Source of the DNA: Pedobacter psychrotolerans
Lineage (GTDB): Bacteria > Bacteroidota > Bacteroidia > Sphingobacteriales > Sphingobacteriaceae
Assembly (NCBI RefSeq): GCF_004340665.1
Contig: NZ_SLWO01000005.1
Coordinates: 312,614-336,613, forward strand
Length of the DNA: 24,000 bases
Reading direction: 5' to 3'
Below, piece after piece: positions 1 through 8,995 of this stretch (positions are counted from its first letter, which is position 1; each line of letters starts with the position of its first letter). A model generated the notes under the pieces. That model did no database searches. It saw nothing but the letters and a program-made list of their open reading frames with translations, and had not been told where the DNA came from. The position numbers and the translations under genes are program-made.

Positions 1-83
1 ACTACTTGGGTGATGTTGGCTATTACCGTTCTATAAATCAAACCGATAATGCGGTGAAACAGGCGTTGGCCAATCTTCAATAA
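1..83 (+). CDS. 3-prime end of an unidentified CDS (partial, enters from the left window edge)
   Basis: Open frame from nt 3 reads YLGDVGYYRSINQTDNAVKQALANLQ, with stop TAA at 81-83. Too short to assign a family. Confidence 0.25.
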   Translation, partial: YLGDVGYYRSINQTDNAVKQALANLQ

Positions 84-101
84 TTAAAAGCCCCGCTCCT
101 A

Positions 102-610
102 TTAAATTTTGATTTCAAATAAGCTCAGGCTTATTCCCTCATAATGCTTTGGTAAACCATATGTTTTTTCCATTGTAACTACACCAACATAATTAAAGCC
201 GCAGTTGGTATAATACTCCAATAGCTTTTTATTATCTGCCCAGATATCCATTCGGATAAACTTAAGGTGATTTTCTGTGGCAAATGCCCTGGCCCAGGTG
301 ATAATCTGTTTAACAAAGGAAAGGCCTCTAAAATCTGGATGCGTAACGATCCGATGAATGTAGATTGCATCATGATCGCGATCGCCCCAAATAAGTTGAT
401 CGTTAAAGGTTACCGCAAAAACACAAGCAACTTCATCATTAACAAAATTTTATACTGGCGATTTTCTGCTATTTCAGTTCCCACCAATTCTTTACTGAAA
501 CCTTGCCAATGTTTATTGAAAACTTTTTTCTGATGGGCAACAGCCATTTCATAGAAATCAAAAATCATATCCAGATCTGATGGCTGGCTGTTGGCTACTT
601 GGATTTGCAT
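102..610 (-). pseudogene. GNAT-family N-acetyltransferase interrupted by a frameshift (or a sequencing error)
   Basis: The ORF at 410-610 (MQIQVANSQPSDLDMIFDFYEMAVAHQKKVFNKHWQGF...ENRQYKIL) stops early. Shifting frame near 442-447 continues as NDEVACVFAVTFNDQLIWGDRDHDAIYIHRIVTHPDFRGLSFVKQIITWARAFATENHLKFIRMDIWADNKKLLEYYTNCGFNYVGVVTMEKTYGLPKHYEGISLSLFEIKI, with a stop at 102-104. The total span is 509 nt, which is not a multiple of 3. The HRIxxxPxxRGxxxxxxLI segment resembles GNAT motif A. Confidence 0.6.
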
Positions 611-665
611 GCTGCAAAGGTAAATAGATTCTTCTTTTGGTGATCAGCAAAATGCTTAAATTTAA

Positions 666-716
666 ATAGTCATCGGATGAATATTAACATAGCATGTATG
701 TTCATCCGATGACTAT
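666..716 (-). terminator. Long perfect hairpin just downstream of der, a candidate terminator
   Basis: A 16-bp perfect inverted repeat, atagtcatcggatgaa (666-681) and ttcatccgatgactat (701-716), with a 19-nt loop. It lies 10 nt after the der stop. The trailing T-tract on the minus strand is weak (ttaaattt). Confidence 0.4.
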
Positions 717-725
717 TCTTTCACC

Positions 726-2027
726 CTATTTTTGTCTGAAGAAAATCTGAATCGGTGCACCAGAAAAATCAAAATGCTCTCTCAATTTATTTTCAATAAA
801 ACGTTTGTACGGATCTTTAATATACTGAGGCAGGTTACAGAAGAATGCAAACATGGGTGATGTTCCGTTGATTTGCGTAATGTATTTAATCTTAATGTGC
901 TTTCCTTTTAACGCTGGCGGTGGAAATTTCTCAATCAATGGCAACATTACATCATTTAATTTTGATGTAGGAATTTTCTTACTTCTGTTTTTAGCTACCT
1001 CTAAAGCAACTTCAATAGCTTTAAAAATTCTTTGTTTATTTAATACAGATGTAAATACAATGGGCACATCTGTAAATGGACGAACACGCTCATGAATCTG
1101 CTCTTCAAAAGCCTTCATCGTTTGTGTGTTTTTCTCAATCAAATCCCATTTATTCACTAAAATGACAATACCTTTTTTATTCTTTTCTGCTAAGTGGAAA
1201 ATGTTGATATCCTGACTCTCGATTCCTTCCTGTGCATCGATCATCAATACCACCACGTCAGCTTCTTCCAAAGCCTTAATGGTACGCATTACTGAATAAA
1301 ATTCCAGATTCTCTTTAACCTTCGTTTTCTTACGTAAACCTGCAGTATCAATCAACATAAATTCATGACCAAATTGGTTGTAATGAATTTTGATTGAATC
1401 GCGGGTGGTACCAGCATTAGCCGTTACAATGTTTCTTTCTTTACCAATCAGTGCATTAACCAAAGATGATTTACCTACATTCGGGCGACCAGCAATGGTA
1501 ATTTTTGGCAATTGATTTTCTTCTTCTGGAATATCTTCAAAATGTTTAACCACATCATCCAATAATTCTCCGGTGCCAGAACCAGTCATGGATGAAAGGG
1601 GATAAATTTCACCCAATCCAAAACCGTAAAAAGTACTGATTTCACTATATAATGCAGTGTTGTCTACTTTATTGGCACACACAAAAACTGGTTTATTACT
1701 GCGGCGAAGTACCTGGGCAATATCATCATCTAAATCAGTGATCCCCGTGGTTACATCTACCATAAAAACCAAAACACTGGCTTCTTCAATGGCGATCATT
1801 ACTTGCTCGCGGATAGCAGCTTCATATACATCTTCAGAGTTAGCCACATAACCACCAGTATCAATTACGGTAAATTGACGGTCTGTCCACTCCCCTACGC
1901 CATAATGCCTGTCGCGGGTTACACCGCTTACGTCATCTACAATGGCTTTACGACTTTCAGTTAATCTATTAAAAAGGGTGCTTTTGCCTACGTTTGGCCT
2001 GCCTACGATGGCGATAATATTACTCAT
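726..2027 (-). CDS. der: Ribosome-associated GTPase Der/EngA (double GTPase domain plus KH-like C-terminal domain)
   Basis: 433 aa with two G domains. G1 motifs are GRPNVGKST at residues 9-17 and again at residues 180-188. DTGG and DTAG, and NKVD and NKWD motifs are also present. The [22 protein letters not shown] start is typical of Der. Confidence 0.95.
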   Translation of the reverse strand: MSNIIAIVGRPNVGKSTLFNRLTESRKAIVDDVSGVTRDRHYGVGEWTDRQFTVIDTGGYVANSEDVYEAAIREQVMIAIEEASVLVFMVDVTTGITDLDDDIAQVLRRSNKPVFVCANKVDNTALYSEISTFYGFGLGEIYPLSSMTGSGTGELLDDVVKHFEDIPEEENQLPKITIAGRPNVGKSSLVNALIGKERNIVTANAGTTRDSIKIHYNQFGHEFMLIDTAGLRKKTKVKENLEFYSVMRTIKALEEADVVVLMIDAQEGIESQDINIFHLAEKNKKGIVILVNKWDLIEKNTQTMKAFEEQIHERVRPFTDVPIVFTSVLNKQRIFKAIEVALEVAKNRSKKIPTSKLNDVMLPLIEKFPPPALKGKHIKIKYITQINGTSPMFAFFCNLPQYIKDPYKRFIENKLREHFDFSGAPIQIFFRQK

Positions 2028-2146
2028 GGGTGTTCTATTGATAGTTAATGGCTTATAGTTAACGGTCGTGGCGCTTAAGCAAGCTGCTTAAACTATTTGG
2101 CTATCAGCCATTGACTATCAACTACTAACCGTAGTATTTCGGGCTG

Positions 2147-2175
2147 CAAAGGTACGGTTAATTATCGTAACCAAA
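2147..2175 (-). promoter_or_regulatory. Bacteroidota sigma-A type promoter candidate upstream of der
   Basis: On the minus strand, TTTG lies at 2175-2172, followed by a 17-nt spacer and TAccTTTG at 2154-2147. The site overlaps the 3-prime end of era. The same extended box, TACCTTTGCAGC, is also found at 610-621. Confidence 0.35.
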
Positions 2176-3054
2176 GCTTTTTAAGTAGTTCTTTTTACTT
2201 CTCCAATCTGGAATCACTTTAACAAACAGTTCCAGAAACACCTTTGAATCTAAAAATTTCTCAATTTCTATCCGTGCTTCTGTACCCACTTTTTTCAGCA
2301 TGCTGCCACCAGTACCAATGAGGATATTTTTTTGAGAATCGCGTTCAACCACAATTTCAGCACTAATCCTCACCATCTGTCCTTTGCCATTTTTAAGCTC
2401 TTCATGTTTAAAACTCTTCACAATCACCTCTGTGCTATAAGGAATTTCTTTTTGATAATTCAGGAAGATTTTTTCCCGAATAATTTCCGAAACGAAGAAA
2501 CGCTCAGAACGATCTGTTAAATCTTCTTTATCATAATATGGCGGATGCTCTGGTAACATTTCTAAAACGCGCTCCAATAAGCCATCAACGTTATGCTTAT
2601 GCAAAGCCGATATGGCATAAATGGAAACAGGATTTAACTTTTCCTGCCAGTAAGCAATTTTCTCATCAACCTGCTCCTGTAATGCTTTATCTATTTTATT
2701 AATCAGTACAATGGTTGGAATATCTCTGTTCAGGATTTTATCAAGCACATCGTCTTCATCATGCGTTTCATTGATATCTGTTACAAATAAAAGTACATCG
2801 GCATCGGTTAAAGAACCATTTACAAAGCTCATCATACTCTCCTGCAAGCTGTATTTTGGTTTAATGATACCCGGGGTATCAGAAAAAACGATCTGATATT
2901 CTTCCTCATTTACGATCCCCAGAATACGATGTCTTGTGGTTTGCGCTTTAGGAGTAATAATGCTAAGTCGCTCGCCTACAAGCACATTCATGAGGGTAGA
3001 TTTACCTACATTTGGTTTACCTATTATACTAACAAAACCTGCTTTATGCGCCAT
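2158..3054 (-). CDS. era: GTPase Era (GTPase domain plus KH domain)
   Basis: [31 protein letters not shown] and a C-terminal KH-like region. I prefer the ATG at 3054 over the ORF-track start at 3087, because Era proteins begin just before the G1 motif and the extra 11 aa (MCCKFFLKNIL) look non-native. Confidence 0.93.
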   Translation of the reverse strand: MAHKAGFVSIIGKPNVGKSTLMNVLVGERLSIITPKAQTTRHRILGIVNEEEYQIVFSDTPGIIKPKYSLQESMMSFVNGSLTDADVLLFVTDINETHDEDDVLDKILNRDIPTIVLINKIDKALQEQVDEKIAYWQEKLNPVSIYAISALHKHNVDGLLERVLEMLPEHPPYYDKEDLTDRSERFFVSEIIREKIFLNYQKEIPYSTEVIVKSFKHEELKNGKGQMVRISAEIVVERDSQKNILIGTGGSMLKKVGTEARIEIEKFLDSKVFLELFVKVIPDWRSKKNYLKSFGYDN

Positions 3055-3075
3055 TAAAATATTTTTTAAAAAAAA

Positions 3076-3106
3076 TTTGCAGCACAAAGAAACGAATTAT
3101 ATCTTT
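3076..3106 (+). promoter_or_regulatory. Bacteroidota-type promoter of tRNA cassette 1
   Basis: -33 TTTG at 3076-3079, a 19-nt spacer, and -7 TAtcTTTG at 3099-3106. It lies 62 nt upstream of the tRNA. Cassette 2 has the same geometry. Confidence 0.5.
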
Positions 3107-3167
3107 GCATTCCAATTCGGAAACAGAGTTAAGGATTTAATTCAAAGAAAAAACGAGTTGTATATAA

Positions 3168-3243
<76 letters not shown>

Positions 3244-3326
3244 AAATGCAGTCTGAAGTTGTCAGTACCAAGTCCAAAGTCATCAGACTCCAGACTAAGA
3301 ACTAAAGACTCAGGACTTATTTTAAT

Positions 3327-3398
3327 GGCCCGTTCGTCTAGGGGTGAGGACGCCAGATTTTCATTCTGGAAACAGGGGTTCGATTCCCCTACGGGCTA
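3327..3398 (+). tRNA. tRNA-Glu (anticodon TTC), no encoded CCA
   Basis: ggcccgttcgtctaggggtgaggacgccagattTTCattctggaaacaggggttcgattcccctacgggcta. The acceptor stem ggcccgt pairs with acgggct (G1:T72 wobble). The T-arm is ggggttcgattcccc. Confidence 0.9.
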
Positions 3399-3410
3399 CA
3401 CTAATTACAG

Positions 3411-3453
3411 AAAGTTGATTTAAAGCGATACCGCTGACGATCAACTTTTTTTA
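3411..3453 (+). terminator. Intrinsic terminator candidate after tRNA cassette 1
   Basis: A 9-bp stem, aaagttgat (3411-3419) with atcaacttt (3440-3448), a 20-nt loop containing an inner agcg/cgct stem, then a T7 tract to 3452. Confidence 0.5.
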
Positions 3454-3984
3454 GTTAAAGGCATCTTGAGTTTGAGAATTTTATCTTTTGATATCTATCC
3501 CATTAATTTAACGAATATAGCATCAAGCTATTTTATATTTACTGAAAACTCCGAAATTTTAATAGACCTGAAGATGATGGATGCTTCAATCAATAGACAT
3601 CTTTAGAAACAGAGAAATTATATTTTTTACCCAGTAAAGCAATAATCTATTTTGTAGTGCCTGATTTACCCACATCTTCAATTTTGATGCGGGTAAACAG
3701 GGCTTGCAATCAACATAACTAACCAAAAATTATAATAGACTGTGATATTAATTTAAATGAATAAAAGAGCAAATATTATTATTTAGACTAATTATAAACA
3801 AAGGAACAAATTGATGATCATTATTCCAAATATTTTGAGGCAAAATTGATTTTAGATCTAAGGATAAGCATACAAAATACTGATAATCAATCATAAAATC
3901 ATTCCTTGAAAGTTCTTCAAAGATTCAGATTTTAAAAGACTGAAAATACCTATCAAAAATATTTTAAATTTTCTTTGTAGATGA

Positions 3985-4015
3985 TTTGCAAGTATCAAAA
4001 CAATTCATACCTTTG
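3985..4015 (+). promoter_or_regulatory. Bacteroidota-type promoter of tRNA cassette 2
   Basis: -33 TTTG at 3985-3988, a 19-nt spacer, and -7 TAccTTTG at 4008-4015. It lies 37 nt upstream of the tRNA. Confidence 0.5.
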
Positions 4016-4051
4016 CACTCCTTCAAACAAAGAAAATTTGAAGATATAGAG

Positions 4052-4127
<76 letters not shown>

Positions 4128-4210
4128 AAAGGTAGTCTAAAGTCGTCAGTACCAAGTCCAAAGTCATCAGACTTCAGACTAAGAACTAAAGACTCAGGAC
4201 TTATTTTAAT

Positions 4211-4282
4211 GGCCCGTTCGTCTAGGGGTGAGGACGCCAGATTTTCATTCTGGAAACAGGGGTTCGATTCCCCTACGGGCTA
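4211..4282 (+). tRNA. tRNA-Glu (anticodon TTC), second identical copy
   Basis: Identical 72-nt sequence to 3327-3398. Confidence 0.9.
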
Positions 4283-4286
4283 CTGG

Positions 4287-4332
4287 AAAGCGCTGAACAA
4301 CAGTTAATTACGACTGAATCAGCGCTTTTTTT
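4287..4332 (+). terminator. Intrinsic terminator candidate after tRNA cassette 2
   Basis: A 10-bp stem, aaagcgctga (4287-4296) with tcagcgcttt (4319-4328), then a T7 tract to 4332. Confidence 0.55.
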
Positions 4333-4523
4333 ATACTATCGATCTTTATTTTACATCAACATTTATTGTACTAAGCTTAAGAACTCCTATCCACACATCA
4401 ATGGATAATGATCTATTTAGCGCAGACAGGTTTATTTCTGAATCCTTTCGTTTATTCAATCATTAATTATGAAAGTTGTTCAGGCTTATCTAACTTATTC
4501 CTCGTCTTCATAATATTCTGAGT

Positions 4524-4586
4524 TCATTTCGGGATTAGGTGTGTATTTCGGTGAAAGTGACCCCTCTGTTTCGGGCCAAACTGGCC
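4524..4586. repeat. Left cluster of about 21-nt TTTCG-N-AAA-N-TG-N-CC units (transposase-binding-site-like)
   Basis: Units are catttcgggattaggtgtg (degenerate), tatttcggtgaaagtgaccc and tctgtttcgggccaaactggcc. They are inverted relative to the cluster at 4885-4973. Confidence 0.5.
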
Positions 4587-4884
4587 ACCAAATTGATTAC
4601 CGGATGATGCACATCTAAGTTCCTTTCCCTCTGAACAAATATACACTTCGGATCCAAATCCATCTTACTGCCGGATTTATCCTCAATTCAGATCTTTCTA
4701 GCGATCAAAATCCATTCGCAGGTACTGGAACGCGTAAAAAAACGCCATATCCCCTTCAAAACAGCGAAGTGACCGTAGTCCATCCCTAATAGTAGATATG
4801 CTCCCAGGAGCCTTTATTTTATGCAGAAATTGAAAAATTATTCTCGAAAGCCAGTTGCGAAAAAAGCTGATCGAAAGATCAGAA

Positions 4885-4973
4885 CGGCCAGTTTGCCCCG
4901 AAACAGGTGGTCACTTTAAAGCGAAATGGGATGACAGTTTAAATGCGGAACGGCTGGCCATTTTTGCCAAAAT
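4885..4973. repeat. Right cluster of four about 21-24-nt units, inverted relative to 4524-4586
   Basis: Units are ggccagtttgccccgaaacag, gtggtcactttaaagcgaaatg, ggatgacagtttaaatgcggaacg and gctggccatttttgccaaaatg. The innermost unit is the reverse complement of 4566-4586 at 20 of 21 positions. Confidence 0.5.
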
Positions 4974-5124
4974 GCCCAGATTATGCTCATAAAACATAAT
5001 AAAATCGATTAAAGGGCTTAAAAAAGACAAAAAATGGATAAAAAGAAACAGCTCTTCAATCCGCTTATCAGCCCAGCATTAATAAATAGTAGCCAATTCT
5101 GGGATGTCTTTCCATGTCGAAATA

Positions 5125-5155
5125 TTTGAGAGATTTAAACCTCCTAATAAATTTG
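5125..5155 (+). promoter_or_regulatory. Promoter candidate for the NTPase-RES gene pair
   Basis: -33 TTTG at 5125-5128, a 19-nt spacer, and -7 TAaaTTTG at 5148-5155. The geometry matches the two tRNA promoters. It lies about 110 nt upstream of the ATG at 5265. Confidence 0.35.
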
Positions 5156-5264
5156 ACATTAATGAGCAATTAATCTTTCCCCTTGTATTAAAGTAACATT
5201 TGAAGGTTTTCTAAACATTTGAAAAATCCTTAGCTTAGGAGAATCTATTACTTAACACTCCATA

Positions 5265-8200
5265 ATGCCTAATACAAGAGAAATCATCCTTTCCGCATTG
5301 GAATGGTTAACAAAAAAACTAACGGTTCAATCAAGTGCATCCGGAAAAGTCGCTCTAAAGACCACTGATCTTCTAGAGGACCTTACCCCTAGGGTTGACC
5401 CTGTAAGCACTAAAAACTATTGCGATGCAATTCATTGGGCATTGCAAAGGCCCAACGTGTTAAATATTGCGCTTTCCGGACCGTATGGATCAGGCAAGAG
5501 TACTATTTTAAGTTCTTTGCAGGCAAATGATAAGGGCCATAAATTTTTGTATATCTCCCTTGCCTCTTTTAAGGATACTTCGCTGGTTCAGGATAGCTCC
5601 ATTATCGGGCCCCGCTTACCGGGGGAGACTAGAAGGGAATTTATGGAAGAGCAGCAACTGATCCATGAGATTCATAAGCAGATCGAGTTAAGTATTTTGC
5701 AGCAAATGCTATACAAAGTGTCAGGGAGTGAACTACCTCAATCCAGATTCAAAAGGATTATTAGCCTCTCGGGTAAGATGATGTGGGCACAGGCAGTATA
5801 CATACTTTTCTTTTTAATGAGCGCGGTGTTTCTGTTCAACAAGACATTTAGGGACGATCTCTACCATTGGAAACACATGTCGTTCATCTTGGAGGTGCTA
5901 TTACTGGTGGCGACGATGATCATCTTTTCAGCTGGGGTAATTTATATTGGCAGAGCAATTATCAATTTTCTATATACATCTAAGTTTAGCAAGATTAATC
6001 TCACCAGCGGCGAGATCGAGATCTCCAAGGATATTGATGGTTCTGTATTGAATAAGTACCTAGATGAGATTATTTACTTTTTTGAAAAGACAAAGTATGA
6101 TGTAGTGATCATTGAGGATCTGGACCGCTTTAACGATCCAGAAATCTTTACTAAGCTCCGGGAGATCAATATGATGATCAACAATTCTGAGCAAATCCAT
6201 CCGATGAGGGTCAAGTTTATCTATGCCATCAAGGATGACATCTTCCAGGACAAGAATCGAACAAAATTCTTCGATTTTATTATTCCTGTCATTCCACATT
6301 TAACAGCTGCGAACTCGCTAGATGTATTGCTGCCTAAGATGGCCAAACTAAACCTTAATCCACCATTTAACCAAAAATTCCTATATGACATCATGCTCTT
6401 TGTGGATGATATGAGGATACTGATCAATACCTATAATGAATTTGTACTTTATCAGCACAATCTAAAGCATCCTGAAAATCAATTAGTCCCTGAAAAACTA
6501 TTTGGTATAATGGTCTATAAGAATCTTTTTCCCAATGACTTCGCCAAGCTCCATATTCGCGAGGGTGATATTCCTAATACCTTTGATCGAAAGGCATCTT
6601 ACATTATAGAGCAATCCAAAATACTTGATGCTGAAATGCTAGAGATCGAGGAGCAATTGGAGAAGAATGGGCTTGAAAAACTTCAAAATCTAGCAGAGCT
6701 TCGCAAGGTGTTCATCATGGCATTAATCAGTACCTTTCCAACGGCACTGGCAATAGAGGTATCAGGCAGGAAAACATTTACTGAACTTCAACAAGAAACC
6801 GTATTCGATGAGCTTAGGCTAATCCCAAATATTCACTATTATACTAGGACATTAAACGATACCCAAACTCCATCAAAGATAAGCTTTGCTGAGGTTGAGC
6901 GAAAAGCAGATGCCGGTGATTATGTACAGCGTCGACAGATAATCATTTCCTCCGCTCAGGATAATCAAGGGAAGCTGAGAAATAGGCGCGATGAGATTGC
7001 CCAAATGTTAAAGCGGATCAACAGTGCTCCCTTAAAATCCTTGTTTAAGGATAACAAAAAAGCGCATGAGTTCTTTCCAACATTAGTTAAAAAGCCAATC
7101 CTACGCTATCTGATCAGTGGTGGGTATATCGATGAGATGTATGAAATCTATATTTCCCATTTTTACAATAAAAGTTTAACTGCAACCGATCTTGTATTTC
7201 TCAAGAAACTAAAAAACCTCGAGAAATCTAATTATGCCTATAGTATTCAGAAACCAGTCGAGCTTTTACACCGAATGGCCGACGAGGATTTTTTGCTAGA
7301 GGAAGCGCTCAACTTTAAATTGCTTGATTTTCTAATCCAGAATAAAGCTACCTACTCCATCCCCTATAATAACATTTTTAAATTGTTGGCAGATGATAGC
7401 ACGACTAGCTTGGAATTTACTAGGGGCTATCTCTCTATAACAAAAAATATTACTGGTTTCATTGAAAAGATTACCACAGCATATCCTAAGTTTTGGTGGA
7501 CCGTAAGAAGCCTAACTAAGTATGGCGTTGATCAACAATTGTTAATCATGACTACTATGATCAAACACTGTGATATGAACACCATCCACGCACAAAATAC
7601 AGACGAATCAATTAAGCATTATTTGCAGGGAGATACAACAGACTTTATTCTTCAGTTTCCAAACAAAAAAGACCATCATAGGGTAATGAATACAGTCAGA
7701 AACCTCAATGTACATTTCCAACATATGACTTCTGCTGCATTCTCTTCTCCACTATTTAAGAGTATTTATGAACAAAAGTTTTTTACTGTCTCATACGATA
7801 TGATTAAACTAATGTTCAGATTTTGTGTTGGGAAGAACCCTATTGCTATGGAGGAGTTTGAGAATGCAAACCTCACTACAATTAAAAAGTATAATTGCCA
7901 GCCACTTTTTGAACATATTGAATACCATTTGGACTTATATGTTTCCTTGGTTTCTCTAGAGATGGAGAATAACAAGAATGAATCTGTAGAAATCATTAAA
8001 ATGATGCTTTCTAAGCTTAAAAATGAAGAGAATAGGCTCAAAGTAATTGAGCATCAAAAAACGACATTACCCTCTTTCAAGGATATAGATGTTTCGCTCT
8101 GGTCAACACTAGTAGAAAACAATAAAATTCTTTCAAAATGGAAGAATATAGAGCAATATTACGTCGAAAAAGGAGGACTGGATCAGGAAATGATAATGTA

Positions 8201-8969
8201 CATCAATAAAACCAAAACCTCTATGCTTTTATGGGTGGACGACATTGACATCACTATTAATTCTAAAGCCCACGAATTACTTCTTTCAATAATAAATGAA
8301 CCAAAAATAACGGATACAGCTTTCACCATGTTAATTGGGAAAATAAGATATAAATTTGAAGCAGAAGATATATTCAGTTCAGCGCCAGAGGCCCACCTAC
8401 GAATGCTAATTGATAATGGCAACATTGTGCTAAACAGTTTCAATTTTAATGCATTATCGACTTTTGAAAATGATCTAAAAATAGCATTGGTCAAGAAGAA
8501 TTTCAGTAGCTTTTCTAAACAGTCCGAAATATTTTCACTAGTTAGTCAGGAATGGGTAAGATTAATCCAGTTAAAGCCAACTAATACTCAAAAGGAAAAA
8601 ATCATATCGATGATTCCCATTTCAAGTATAACCGGATACTTTCTAGCTAACCAACTAACCAAGTTATTATTAGCAAAGAATGGGAAGCGTACCGAATTTG
8701 ATTTTATTGTCAAGTTATTCGGTTTCGGCAATAATCCTATGGATAAAGTTAAATTATTGAACCTTTATGGAGAAAATTATTCAAAAGAACAATTAAGAGA
8801 ACTTTTACTAGCAATGGGCGGGAAATACGAAAAAATTAGTCCGGGTTCATTCCCCAGGCTAGATGCCAATCCAGACCATAAAAGGATGCTTTCTCTATTA
8901 TATGACAAAAAACTTGTGAAAGAATTTCCATTAAGAAACAACAAATTTGTTGTATTACCTGCCAAATAA
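5265..8969 (+). CDS. YobI-like / KAP-family P-loop NTPase with two transmembrane helices inserted in the NTPase domain and a C-terminal region of about 940 aa with no recognisable domain
   Basis: 1234 aa. Walker A is GPYGSGKST (aa 72-80, nt 5478-5504). Hydrophobic helices are at about aa 172-191 (MWAQAVYILFFLMSAVFLF) and 205-229 (MSFILEVLLLVATMIIFSAGVIYIG). The Walker B-like motif YDVVIIEDLDRF (aa 278-289) is followed by EIFTKLREIN. This order is the KAP NTPase signature. The size and layout match what I recall of the B. subtilis YobI family. Confidence 0.8.
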   Translation: MPNTREIILSALEWLTKKLTVQSSASGKVALKTTDLLEDLTPRVDPVSTKNYCDAIHWALQRPNVLNIALSGPYGSGKSTILSSLQANDKGHKFLYISLASFKDTSLVQDSSIIGPRLPGETRREFMEEQQLIHEIHKQIELSILQQMLYKVSGSELPQSRFKRIISLSGKMMWAQAVYILFFLMSAVFLFNKTFRDDLYHWKHMSFILEVLLLVATMIIFSAGVIYIGRAIINFLYTSKFSKINLTSGEIEISKDIDGSVLNKYLDEIIYFFEKTKYDVVIIEDLDRFNDPEIFTKLREINMMINNSEQIHPMRVKFIYAIKDDIFQDKNRTKFFDFIIPVIPHLTAANSLDVLLPKMAKLNLNPPFNQKFLYDIMLFVDDMRILINTYNEFVLYQHNLKHPENQLVPEKLFGIMVYKNLFPNDFAKLHIREGDIPNTFDRKASYIIEQSKILDAEMLEIEEQLEKNGLEKLQNLAELRKVFIMALISTFPTALAIEVSGRKTFTELQQETVFDELRLIPNIHYYTRTLNDTQTPSKISFAEVERKADAGDYVQRRQIIISSAQDNQGKLRNRRDEIAQMLKRINSAPLKSLFKDNKKAHEFFPTLVKKPILRYLISGGYIDEMYEIYISHFYNKSLTATDLVFLKKLKNLEKSNYAYSIQKPVELLHRMADEDFLLEEALNFKLLDFLIQNKATYSIPYNNIFKLLADDSTTSLEFTRGYLSITKNITGFIEKITTAYPKFWWTVRSLTKYGVDQQLLIMTTMIKHCDMNTIHAQNTDESIKHYLQGDTTDFILQFPNKKDHHRVMNTVRNLNVHFQHMTSAAFSSPLFKSIYEQKFFTVSYDMIKLMFRFCVGKNPIAMEEFENANLTTIKKYNCQPLFEHIEYHLDLYVSLVSLEMENNKNESVEIIKMMLSKLKNEENRLKVIEHQKTTLPSFKDIDVSLWSTLVENNKILSKWKNIEQYYVEKGGLDQEMIMYINKTKTSMLLWVDDIDITINSKAHELLLSIINEPKITDTAFTMLIGKIRYKFEAEDIFSSAPEAHLRMLIDNGNIVLNSFNFNALSTFENDLKIALVKKNFSSFSKQSEIFSLVSQEWVRLIQLKPTNTQKEKIISMIPISSITGYFLANQLTKLLLAKNGKRTEFDFIVKLFGFGNNPMDKVKLLNLYGENYSKEQLRELLLAMGGKYEKISPGSFPRLDANPDHKRMLSLLYDKKLVKEFPLRNNKFVVLPAK

Positions 8970-8995
8970 TTAATGAATAACTAATAAGAGAAATC

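Noticed and set aside
118-135. Hairpin aataagc-tcag-gcttatt between the left partial CDS and the GNAT gene
   Set aside because: It lies inside the reconstructed GNAT C-terminal coding sequence and lacks a T tract, so I do not call it a terminator.
267-533. 88-aa plus-strand ORF, and the 179-373 minus-strand ORF
   Set aside because: The first is antisense to the GNAT reading frames and the second is out of frame with them. The GNAT translation explains the region far better.
4821-4919. 32-aa basic ORF MQKLKNYSRKPVAKKADRKIRTASLPRNRWSL running into the right repeat cluster
   Set aside because: It might be a remnant of a transposition protein C-terminus, but it is too short and unrecognisable. 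I report it only as part of the repeat structure.
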